Below, in pieces: positions 37,772 through 49,908 of a stretch of 64,000 nt of DNA. The notes beneath the pieces are model-generated. The model did not search any database. It was not told the origin of the DNA and was given only the letters and a program-made list of their open reading frames with translations. Source of the stretch: Octopus vulgaris (Eukaryota); contig OX597817.1 in assembly GCA_951406725.2 (NCBI GenBank), positions 173,228,001 to 173,292,000 on the forward strand, given 5' to 3'. Every line of letters begins with the position of its first letter. Position 1 is the first letter of the stretch. The translations under genes were made by a program, and so were the position numbers.

Positions 37772-37845
<74 letters not shown>

Positions 37846-38240
37846 TTTCTTTCTTTCTTTCTTCCTTCCTTCCTTTCTATCTTTCTTTCTTTCTTTCCTT
37901 CCTTTCTTTCTTCCTTCCTTTCTTTCTTCCTTTCTTTTTTCTTTCTTCCTTCCTTCCTTTCTTTCTTTTTTCCTTCCTTTCTTCCTTCCTTTCTTCCTTT
38001 CTTTCTTCCTTCCTTTCTTCCTTTCTTTCTTTCTTTCTTCCTTCCTTTCTTTCTTCCCTTCTTTCTTCCTTTCTTTCTTTCTTTCTTTCTTCCTTCCTTC
38101 CTTTCTCTCTTCCTTTCTTTCTTTCTTCCTTCCTTTCTTTCTTCCTTTCTTTCTTTCTTCCTTCCTTTCTTTCTTTCTTCCTTCCTTCCTTTCTTCTTTT
38201 CTTTCTTTCTTCCTTCCTTCCTTTCTTCCTTTCTTTCTTC

Positions 38241-38285
<45 letters not shown>

Positions 38286-38735
38286 TTCCTTTCTTCCTTT
38301 CTTCCTTTCTTTCTTCCTTTCTTTCTTTCTTTCTTTCTTCCTTTCTTTCTTTCTTCCTTCCTTTCTTCCTTCGTTCCTTCCTTTCTTTCTTCCTTTCTTT
38401 CTTTATTTCTTCCTTTCTTTCTTTCTTTCTTTCTTTTGTTCTTTCTTCCTTTCTTTCTTTCTTTCTTCCTTTCTTCCTTCCTTCCTTCCTTCCTTTCTTT
38501 CTTTAATTCTTTCTTCCTTCCTTCCTTTCTTTCTTCCTTCCTTTCTTCCTTTCTTCCTTTATTTCTTCCTTCCTTCCTTCCTTCCTTTCTTTCTTCCTTC
38601 CTTCCTTTCTTCCTTTCTTTCTTCCTTCCTTCCTTTCTTTCTTCCTTCCTTTCTTCCTTCCTTTCTTCCTTCCTTCCTTCCTTCCTTCCTTCCTTCCTCC
38701 CTTCCTTCCTTCCATTCTTCCTCCCTTTCTTTCGT
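30938..38735. repeat. ~7.8-kb (TTCC/TTTC)n polypyrimidine satellite
   Basis: Almost exclusively C/T on the plus strand. Confidence 0.98.
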
Positions 38736-39105
38736 ATTTTTTCCCTTTAACCACTTCCCCTTGTCAAATGCTCTTCTCAAATATTCATTCTTTCGCAGAG
38801 GATTTTCTTGTCTTAAGCAAAAACATAACAGTTTGAAGTTCCATTTTTAATTCAGCATTTTTTTTTTTATAAATTTTCAAATATTTCTTTAATTATTCTC
38901 ATCATCTTCTACACAGCCTTCCCAGCCTCCCATTACATTAAATTCTGTTTATAGTTGCAAGCTTTTTGAAAGATGGAAGGCAAATCTTTATTTTGGCTTC
39001 TTTAATGTTTTCTAATTTTCTTTTGTATTCGTTTCCTTCTGTCATTTTTACCAGAAAATACCTGTTCATAGTTTGACAATGTTATTTTAACCACAAAAGA
39101 GATTA

Positions 39106-39150
<45 letters not shown>

Positions 39151-39317
39151 CAGTAGTAGAAGCAGCAGCAGGAGTAGTTAGTGGTGATAGAGGAGGAGGG
39201 GGAGGAGGAGGTTTGTGGTGATGGTGGTGGTGATGGTGGTGGTGGTGTTATAGAAATATTACTATCATTATTATTATTATTATTACTACTACTACTACTA
39301 CTATTATTATTATTATT

Positions 39318-39349
<32 letters not shown>

Positions 39350-42097
39350 TATTAAAAGAAATCATCATCATCATTATCATCATCATCATCGTCACCATCG
39401 TCATCATCGCCACCATCATGATGTCTTCCAACAGTTTCGTGAGAATCTATTCTACTCCACCAGATGCACCAGATGTCTTCTCCATCTACGTGCAACTTTC
39501 TTGTCGTTTAGCAATGGAGAGGAGTTGTGTTTGTCTCTTACATCTGTTTTATGTTGCTTTTGTGGTTGTTTGTTTGGTATCTGGGTTTACTTTGGTCTGG
39601 AGGAAGACACTGTGCCCATCACCACTGAGACTGATGAACTCATCAAAGTTAATCATCATCATAATCATCATCACCACCATCACCATCATGATCAGCAGCA
39701 GCAGCAACAGCATCATCATCATCATCATCATTGTTGTCATTGTTTAACATCTGTATTCCAGGCTGGCATGGGTTGGATGATTCCACAAGACCTGACTTGC
39801 CCAAGGACTATGTTGGTCTCCATTATCTGCTTGGGCAAGATTTCTAAGGCTGGTTAGAGCAGGGCTTTGGAATAGACTCAAGGTAGGTAAAGAATGGAAG
39901 AGAGATAAGTAAGTGAGAAGTGTTTGAGTAGAAGTGACATCAATGAACCAGTCAACACTATGGAGCAGAGGCCACAGTGGTAGTGGTAAAACAAACAGGA
40001 GGAGAAAACAGTATGTCTGTGCAGTGGTGTAGCTAGAGTGTGTGCTACCCAGGGCAGCTCTTGATTTTGCCATCCCCAGTCCTCCTGATCCCCAAACCTA
40101 TACAGGTTTATACAACAGACCCAAAAGAGTCATCCCTCATAAAAGCTCTACCTAGGGCAGACTGCACTGTTCCCAAATCCAAGTTACACTATTGCATCTG
40201 TGGTCCAAGAGCTGGAAAGTGTTGGTGAGTAACTTCATACCAATTCGTTGAGAACCCATTTAGGGAATTTGGGTTAGCTTTTGTCTGTGAGTGTGTGTTA
40301 ATGTTTCATCCATTTGATGTGTAGAGTATGTACAACATGTGTGTTGCATTTCTGGCAGAATCTTTAGTGTTGGACAAAATACCTTGTGGTATTTGTTTCA
40401 GTTCTTTACATTTGACATTCGAATCCTGCTGAAGTCAACTATGTCTTTCATCCTTCTGGAATCAATATAAGACTGTGACAGTCAATGTACCCTATCTACA
40501 GTCAATTCACCCTATTTGATGGCATAAAAACACACCTGGGAATATTAGCTGCATCCCAATTTCCATGGTAACTATTCAGTGTCAGGGACAAAACTTTTTG
40601 TTGGAAGCTCAGCTTTGCCTATAAGATGTGAGGATATAATTTGAGACACTGCCTTTGCATAAAACAAAAGCATCTTATACACCATCAAATACAGTAATTA
40701 ACTAATTGACTAATTTCCTATCCACAAAAATGTTTGGTCTTGTGCCTAAATTAGAGGCAATTTTTGGGGGGAGATGGTGGTTTTTGTGTTTTGTATGAAT
40801 TGTTTGAAGTATGTTTTACTCACAGGTGGTGAGCGATGATTATGTGAAGAACGTGCAGCATGGATTACGTGGGTTGTGTTCTGTAATTAGGTGGCAATTA
40901 TGTAGAATGTGAATTGCTTGTGGTGTTTGAGACATGTTATAGTATCAGATGCCTATTATGTAAGAGTATCTGTGGTGTTATTTTATTGGGTAGGGATAAT
41001 GATGTAGATTATGTGTTGTGCAAGTTGTGTTATGTTATCTAGTGATATTATTGATACTGTTATTATATATCAGTAAAGCGGTGAGCTGGTAAAATTGGTA
41101 GAATGTCAGAAGAAAATGCTTACCAGCATTGCTTCTGATTCTTTAAATTCCAAATTAAAAATGTTGCTGCAGTTGGCTGAGTTTATCTTTTTACAGTTGA
41201 TAAAATAAGTACCAGGTAAGAACTGAGGATGCTGCAATCAACCAAATTCTGCCACACACACACATACACACACAAAATTGCTGGCCTTGTACCAAAATTT
41301 GAAACCATTATATATTCGGAAGTGCACTAAAAGAATGCTGACAGTGTCAGATGAAATGCTTTGTGGTATTTTTTTCAGACTCTTTGCATTCCAGATACCA
41401 TTTTTCTTAAGTACCACTTGGACAATATTATGTGAATGAAGACACTAGTATTGTTGATATTGTTGTTTAACCACGTGTCAGTCTTGACTGAGCACACTTA
41501 TGATTAAATGCATTCCAGACATGACTGTCCCATCATTTTATATATCAGGGAATACATTTTCTCATATATTATTTGTTATTTAAAGCACGTTCTGAAGGAG
41601 ATTTGGTTGCTATTTCTAGTAAAGTGAGCAAACAGACTCTTTCATTGCACAGTTGTATCTGATGTCAAGAAGGAATACTCAAGACTGGTTGCTAACCTCA
41701 GTTTAACCCTCATCAAGCAGGTCTATGATCAAAGGCATTCCAGTTGTGACCATCCCATCTCTCTCCTCCAGGTACATGGTACCCACAACCACATTGTCCT
41801 TTGTGTTCATATTTTCTAAGACAGCAGGCTGTAATTTGAAGGATATTTGGTTGCTATTTCTAGCAGGGCAGATGTCTGTGAAGAGGTTCTCTCTAGGGAG
41901 AAATAGTAGTTGCAGCATATTTGAGATGGGTTCACTGCCCAGTATCAAAAACGTTTGGTACAAACAAGACAGCATGTCTTGCCTAAACAAAACTTTGTAA
42001 TCCCAAGGTTCTGAGTTCAGTCCCACAGCATAATACCGTGGATTGACTAATATTTTAAAAGTGGAATATGGTTGACAAAAACTATGACAAAACCTGT

Positions 42098-42140
<43 letters not shown>

Positions 42141-42689
42141 TTGTACATATATGTGGCTGTGTACTTGGTTGTATGTGTATGTGTGTAACTGCGTGTGATT
42201 TTGGTGTTTATAAGTATGCATGTGCATGTCCGTATGTGTGAATAAGTGTGTGGTGTGTTTGTGTGAGTGTCTATGTGTGTGGGGTTGGGGTGTTTGTGTA
42301 GGTGGGTGATTGTGTGGATGTCTGAATATGACTGATTGTGTCCGTGTTTGTGTTTAAACACTGGTTTAAATAAATCTGGCATCGTATCAATACAGGTTTT
42401 CTTAGTTGCTCAATAAAAATGAATCAATGAAATAAATATCAAACTACTAACCTAAAGCAAGTGCTGGGGTTTGTAATGATCAGCTAAAACCCTGCAATAC
42501 AGTGCTCCAGCATGACCACATTCCAGTCACTGAAACTAATAAAAGAATTCTATAATTCTTTTATTGGTTTCCCAACTGTTCTATGCTAGACTCATTCTCA
42601 ACAAGCTCAACCCTTTTCATACCAAGCTGCCTGTGACTGCTTTTGGTTCTATGATATGATATTTACCAAGTCAGCTTCCAGACATCAGA

Positions 42690-43000
42690 GCTTCAATATA
42701 TCCATGCCCAGGGGAGCAAGGTATTCAGAGTATGGTAGATGCCTGATGGAGGGTATTCACTTGGTTGCATGTCTCTGAACAGTTTCCAGAAGGTCAATGT
42801 TCTGAGTAAGATAGAGGTTCCGGATTAGTGATGCAAATTCCAAGTATGGCTGCACCATAGCCATGTACAGCCTTAAATAGATAGCTGGAAAGCAGCTGAC
42901 AAAGGTCTTGCTGAGTGATGTCAAGACACCCTCAGGCTTCTTGACAATTTTAGAGATGAATTTTGTCCAATGCAAATCACTGCTGACAGTAATGACCAGG
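42690..43000 (-). mobile_element. CR1/L2-like LINE 3' ORF fragment
   Basis: LYMAMVQPYLEFAS..LTQNIDLLETVQRHATK resembles the CR1 C-terminal LEY....W.P....I..LE.VQR.ATK motif. Confidence 0.7.
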
Positions 43001-43159
43001 TCATGATTAAATATTGTTAGGAATTGTATTAAAAAATTGTTAAAATATTTTGTGCATTTTAGAAGTATAACCAATTTATTCCACATAAATTTAGGCAACA
43101 AAATTTTATATGCACCCCCACCCCACCAAGGAACATGTGGACCCCAGTTGAGGACCACT

Positions 43160-43563
43160 CTTTTACGTGTTTCAGTCATTTGACTGTGGCCATGCTGGAG
43201 CACCACTTTTAGTCGAGCAAATCGACCCCCAAAACTTATTCTTTGTAAGCCTAGTACTTATTCTATCGGTCTCTTTTGCCAAACCGCTAAGTTACGGTGA
43301 CGTAAACACACCAGCATCGGTTGTCAAGCGATGTTGGGAGGGGACAAACACAGACACACAAACAGAGACACACACATACATATATATATATACATATATA
43401 CGACGGGCTTCTTTCAGTTTCCGTCTACCAAATCCACTCACAAGGCTTTGGTCAGCCCAAGGCTATAGTAGAAGACACTTGCCCAAGGTGCCATGCAGTG
43501 GGACTGAACCCAGAACCATGTGGTTGGTAAGCAAGCTACTTACCACACGGCCACTCCTGCGCC
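43160..43563 (-). mobile_element. Full-length copy of the second SINE family (others at ~61475-61870, 9600-9770, 10020-10183, 10830-10990, 16955-17620, 30100-30260, 44040-44900, 47560-47715, 49960-50120, 63070-63178)
   Basis: Reverse complement of the 54607-55035 element. Confidence 0.8.
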
Positions 43564-46029
43564 TACATGAATTTAAGCTTGAGATCATACTGGTTTGAAG
43601 AGCCTACTCTATCACACTGGCTCAACATGGCTTGGAAGAGGGATGGAGTTTTTCTCAGTTTTTATACTCATAAGAAGTTAAGTCAACCACTGATTTAAAT
43701 TAAAACCTTTCATCAAAATTCCTTATTAATTTATGTTCCAAGCATCAGCTTAATCATAACAACAAAGTTATTTTACTAAATTCTTCAACCATGTGGTTCC
43801 AAGTTCAGTCCCATTGTGCAGTACCTTAGGCAAGTGTCATCTACTATAGTCCTGGGCCAACCAATGCCTTGTGTGTGAATTTGGAGGCATGGCTGGGCAT
43901 TCAACCTGTTTTGTTGAATTTCTGCTGCTTTTAAATAAAGCATATTACTCTACCTCTGGTATTTGAGTACTCTTTTTTCCACCTTATTTCACATTTATGT
44001 GTTTACTCCGGTATATATATATATGTATGTATGTGTGTGTATATGTTTGTGTGTCTGTGTTTGTCCCCCCAACATTGCTTGACAACCGATGCTGGTATCT
44101 TTACATCCCTGAAACTTAGCGGTTTGGCAAAAGTGACAGATAGAATAAGTACTAAGCTTACAAAGAATAAGTCCTGGGGTCGATTTGCTTAACTAAAGGT
44201 GGTGCTCCAGCATGGCCACAGTCAAATGACTGAAACAAGTAAAGAGTATAGATGCAGCCATGGGTGTGTTGCTAAATAGCTCACTTTGCAACCATGTGGT
44301 TTCAAGTTCAGTCCCATTGTGCAGTACCTTAGGCAAGTGTCATCTACTATAGTCCTGGGCCAACCAATGCCTTATGTGTGAATTTGGAGGCATGGCTGAG
44401 CAGGTAAGAATTTTGCTTCTCAACCATATAGTTTCAGGTTCAGTCCCGCTCAACAGCATCTTGGACTAGTGTCTTTTATTACAACCTGGGGCTGACCAAA
44501 GTCTTGTGAGTGAATTTGGTGGGCAGAAGTTTTGTTGTGTGTATATGTGTTTGGAAACGTTTGTGTCTCCTTTCATAGATAAGAAGGGAAACTATGTCGA
44601 AGTGCTTCACATGTGTGTGTGTGTGTGTGTGTGTGCATGTGTGTGTGTGTGCATGTATGTGTGCTTGTCCTTTTGTGTGTGTATGTGTGTCCTTTTCGTG
44701 TTTCTCCCTGCCACTGCTTGACAGCCAGTGTTGGTTTGTTTACATCCCATAATAAAGTGGCTTGGCAAAAGGGATTAATAGAATGAGTACCAGGCATACA
44801 AATAAAGAAAATAAGTACCAAGATCTATTTGTTCAACAAAACTCATTAAGGTGATACCTACCCTTGCATGGCTGCAGTCCAATGACTGAATCAAGAAGAA
44901 GCTAAAAGACATAAAGATTACAGTAATACTCACTTTACGAGGGTCCACTTTACAAGACCCCAGGTTTATGAGTTTTTACAAGTTTTATTTTCTGTTTACA
45001 AGTTTTTGCTTTATGAGCATTCTCCAAGAACAAATTAACTCATATATTCTTTTCTACTCTAGGCACAATTTTGGGGGAGGGGGGGGCCAATCGATTAGAT
45101 CAATCCCAGTATGCAACTGGTACTTAATTTATTGACCCTGAAAGAACAAAAGGCAAAGTTGACCTCGGCAGAATTTGAACTCGGAACGTAAAGACAGACG
45201 AAATACCGGTAAGCATATCGCAAGGCATGCTAATGTTTCTGCCAGCTTGCTGCTTTAAATTGAAGCATTACTGTATCTTCAAAGTATTTTTAAGCAAAAG
45301 CAGTGTATTTCCACAGAAATTGAAATGAATTGCCTATGTTCAGTCCACTGCAGGATGAAGGTCTCAGCATGTTCTCTCCACCAACCACAGGCCATGAATT
45401 TGAGCTTAAGATCATACTGTTTTGAAGAGCCTACTCTATCGCACTGGCTCAACATGGCTTGGAAGAGAGATGGAGTTTTTCTCAGTTTTTATACTCATAA
45501 GGAGTTAAGTCAATCACATCGACCCCAGTGCTTAACTGGCACTCATTCTATTGACACTGAAAGGATGAAAGGCTAAGTCAACCTTGACAGAATTTGAACT
45601 TGTGGTTGGTGTCAGGAAGGGCATCCAGCTACAGAAACCATGGAAACCATGCCAAATCAGAATGGAACCTGATGTAGCTCTCTGGCTTATCATTTCCAGT
45701 CAAACTGGCTAACCCATGTCACCATAGGGAGTGGACATTAAATAATGATGATGAATGTAAAGGCGAACAAAATACCTCTAAGCATCTTGCCTGGTGTGCT
45801 AACGATTCTGCCAGTTCAGTGTGGAATATAACAAAATGGTTAAGAGATACAGTTAAGATATTCAAGGTACCTTTGGTGGCATTTGAGCTCAACACTTATG
45901 ATGCTATGACAAATTGTCAAATCAATAGCTTTATGTTGGAGATAAAAAAAAAAGGATATTTTTCTCCTTAAATCATCATCAAATAAAATATTAAATTTTG
46001 TTTGTTCACTTCTCCTTTGAATGAATGTG

Positions 46030-46064
<35 letters not shown>

Positions 46065-49000
46065 GTGTTTTAGATTGAGTGTAGGACAACAGATGTGACA
46101 TCTTTCTTATTTGTCTACAAGAATATAATAAAGAGATAAAAGAAAGAAAAAAAAAACCTTGACATTTCAAATGCTATAAACTTAAAGAAATATCGATTCC
46201 AATGACTAACAAGCAACATGACACTTGGCTATCTTTCCGAAGAGACAATCCCATCTGACTGTTCCTGCTGATGTTGTTGCTTAACCTGAAGTCAGCATTG
46301 ATTGAATAGAACCGATGATCAAAGACACAGTTCAGCCTATCATGATCATCCTTGTTTTCATTTCTTTTTTTTATTCTTAGGATCTTAGGACAATACCTTT
46401 TGAATGGATTTGTGTAGACAGCAACTGTCGGAAGTAAAGTTAATTGCCACATCAATATGGCTGTTCGATATTACTACTGATTTAACCCCAAGCAGATCTT
46501 TTACAGATCTGTTGCAAATAGAGGAACGAACCCCTAACATCCTCCAGCAGACAATGGCACCATGAGACCAATTCAGTTTCGGGCTATTTCTGCCCATCCT
46601 CAGTCACAAACACCCAGCTGCTAGAGGGATGAAATCTTTACTAAGATCGGAAAGCGGACATTAAACGATGATGATGATGATGATGACTACGGATCGAAAC
46701 ATAGAATGGGTACATTACAAGATGAATGGGTACATTACAATACAAAATGTTGGATGAGTTCGAATGATTATAATAAAAATTTACTTTTTTAAATTTAATA
46801 AAATAATTGATTTTAAAACTTTTCACTAGAACTTTTTTTGCCAAAACAAAAACCATAACCAGAAGAATTAAAGAATATGAAACAGGAAAAAATGAACCCT
46901 GCATCCTATAAGGCCCAGCAGCTCGCTTTTCCTTTCCTCAATGATTAAGTTGGGTTACTAGCACCCACCTTTTTCATCACTTCCTTCCATCGTTGCTTAT
47001 ATTCATTTGACAGCAGGGTCCTCTTTTCCAACCCCATCTTGCTCTTCAGATGGCTGCTAGAGGGATGGCCAGAGTCCACTCCAGCTCACAATATAATGTA
47101 TTCAAAGTGATCGTCAGTCACTGATTTGCAACAAGCAAAGTAACCAGTTGGAAAATCTCAATAAGAGACATGAGTGGTAATTATACTGACAAGTAAGGTT
47201 AATTGCTACATCAACATGGCTGTTTGGTGTTACTACCATTTTAACCCCAGGTGGACCGTCCACCAGCTGGTTACAGGTGCAGCCTTCACCTTGTATATAT
47301 TGCAAGCAGGGGAGCAAACTCCTACTATCCTCCAGTAGGCAACGGGATCATGAGACCAACTCAGTTTTGGGTTGTTTCTGTCTATCCTCAGTCGTGAACA
47401 CCTGGCTGCTAGAGGGATCACCAGGGTCCACTCCAACTTGCAATATATATATTGAGATTTTCCAACTGGCTACTTTGCTTGTTGCAAATCAGTGACCAAT
47501 GGTCACTTTGTTTACTATATATTGTTTACTATATATTGTTTACTATATATACACAACAGGCTTCTTTCAGTTTCTGTTTACCAAATCCACTTGCAAGGTT
47601 TGGGTCAGCCCAGGGCTATAGTAGAAGATCCTTGCTCAAGGTGCTGTGCAATGGGACTGAACCTGAAACCATGTGGTTGAGAAGCAAAGTTCTTAGCCAC
47701 ATGGCCATGCCTGCACCTTTAAAAAAACATTCCTTGAAGGAAATTCACAAGTTTAATATATAAAAGACGTGTATATTTTACTCAATATGTATTATGACAT
47801 AAACATGAAATTCAAAACTTGAGAGAGAATGCAATCAGTTGTATTAACTCTGATACATGACTCCAGTATCTACAAATTAACACTAGGTTGATGAAAGACA
47901 AAGCTGGTTTTGACAGGATTTGAACTTAGAACACAAAGGGACATAACTAAATATCAGACATCGTTAGTTCCAATGTTCTACTGACTCAGCCATAATAATT
48001 TATTATATCAGTCTTTCTTTTTCATGTGCTTCCCTCTTCTAAAACTGCCTGGGTAGATATAAGATCTCTCAGAAGTGTGTTTATTGGGGGAACGTGATTG
48101 CAGCTTAGAGACTAAACAGTCGAGCTTACGCTTCACTGAAAATCACACATACACAAACAGACGCATCAGACATGTTAGGAAAAGAGAGAGAGAGACAGAG
48201 AGAGAGAGATTTTACTTCTAATCTTAGATTTTGGTTAACTTCCATTTCTTCACGAGTCCAACATCTTGTAAACTTACTTGTGCCAATTCTTTGGAAACAA
48301 ATTTTTACTTATTTCCAATGAATGAAAATATCTGTCTCTTATGTAACAGTTTATTTTAAGGTGAAGAGAGAAGGGAAGAGAAAGGAAGGAAGGAAGGAAT
48401 GAAGGAAGGAAATGGAAAGAAGGAAGGAAAAGAATGAGAAAAAAATGAGATCGAAGTGTAGGTAGGGAAATGGACAAGATGAAATTGGTAATTAAGAATG
48501 GAAAAGGGGAAGAAAAGCCAAAAAGGAAGGAAAGAGGCAAAAGAAGATAAAAAGGTGAAGGAAAGAAGGAAAGATGAGAAGGAGTAAAAGAGAAGATGAT
48601 GTTAGATTAACTTCTCACAGTAGCACCAGACCACAAATTTATAAGGAGGAAGTGGAGATAATTGAATTGATCCCAGTATATATCTGGTACTTGGCATATT
48701 TCCTGGTTCATAAGACACATTTATTTATTGAATAAATCCCTACAAATCATCATCTGACTTATTAAAAGGGTCAGTTTGCTGAGGGGAGTTTGGCAGCTGA
48801 ATCTTCACTAGAACACAAGCCTTTTGGCAAAAAGTCAGCAATTTCGGGTGAGTGTGTAAGTCAGTTATTGACCCCAGTGCTTGACTGGTACTTATTTTGT
48901 AACCCTGAAAAGATGAAAGGGTAGAATCTGACCTCAGCATCTTGAACTCTGAATGTAAAGACAGATGAAATGTCGCTAAGCATTTTGCCCAATGTGCTAA

Positions 49001-49343
49001 GAATTCTGCCAACTTGCTGCCTTTCAGTCTTGTAATTTTGGTTTCAAATTTTGGCACAAGGTAAGTTGTCCGTTTTCATGTTCTCAGTTCAAATTCTGCC
49101 CTTTCATCCTTCTAGGGTTGATAAAATAACCTACCATGTACCAAAATTTGAAACTCAAGTAGTACTTATTTTATTGACCCCAAAAGAATGAAAGACAAAG
49201 TAACCTCAATAGAATTTGAACTTAGATTAGAAAGTGAAGACAGATAAAGTACCACTAAGGCATTTTGCATGGCATGCAAACAATTCTACTAGCTCACCAT
49301 CTTCCAGCCCTGTAATAAGACTACAATTCATGTGTAATATATA

Positions 49344-49908
49344 TTGGGTTGTCCGGAAAGTTCGTGCCGATTTATAGCAGCTTACCTTTCGACTTTTTTA
49401 GAACATGGTTGAGTCCATAAAATAGGATTTGACTACACTTCCATTTAGAGCACAGTTTAAGCTATCTTTTCATAGAAGAAGGTTTATGTTCCTATAACCT
49501 GTATTAATTCTGTAACCCTTTAAAATGGAAGGTAAGAAAGTTCATTTTCGGCACTTGATGCTTTGGGAACCAGACAAAAATTGCTGCAGCTCGGCTGGGA
49601 TGTGTTACCCCACCTGCCATATTCACCAGATATTGCTCCTTCAGATTTCCACTTATTCAGGTCTCTGCAGAATAGTCTTAATGGTAAAAATTTCAATTCC
49701 TTGGATGACGTAAAAAGATACCTTGATGAATTCTTTGCTTTGAAACCACCTCAGTTCTGGGAAAAGGGTATTTTCAAGTTAAAGGAAAGATGGAGACGCA
49801 TTGTGCAACAAAATGGTTCGTATTTGGTTGATTAAAAATGTAAAGGCAAGTATTTATTGACCTTTTCTTTTCCTTTAAAAATCGGCACAAACTTTCCGGA
49901 CAACCCAA
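49344..49908 (+). mobile_element. Non-autonomous mariner (internal deletion derivative) with TIRs and TA TSD
   Basis: TA|TTGGGTTGTCCGGAAAGTT...AACTTTCCGGACAACCCAA|TA. MEGKKVHFRHLMLWE is joined out of frame to TRQKLLQLGWDVLPHLPYSPDIAPSDFHLFRSLQ. Confidence 0.92.

Noticed and set aside
30906-38850. 2614-aa and 1849-aa F/L/S/P ORFs and the antisense K/E/R/G ORFs
   Set aside because: These are translations of a C/T-only satellite that cannot contain stop codons; no domain content.
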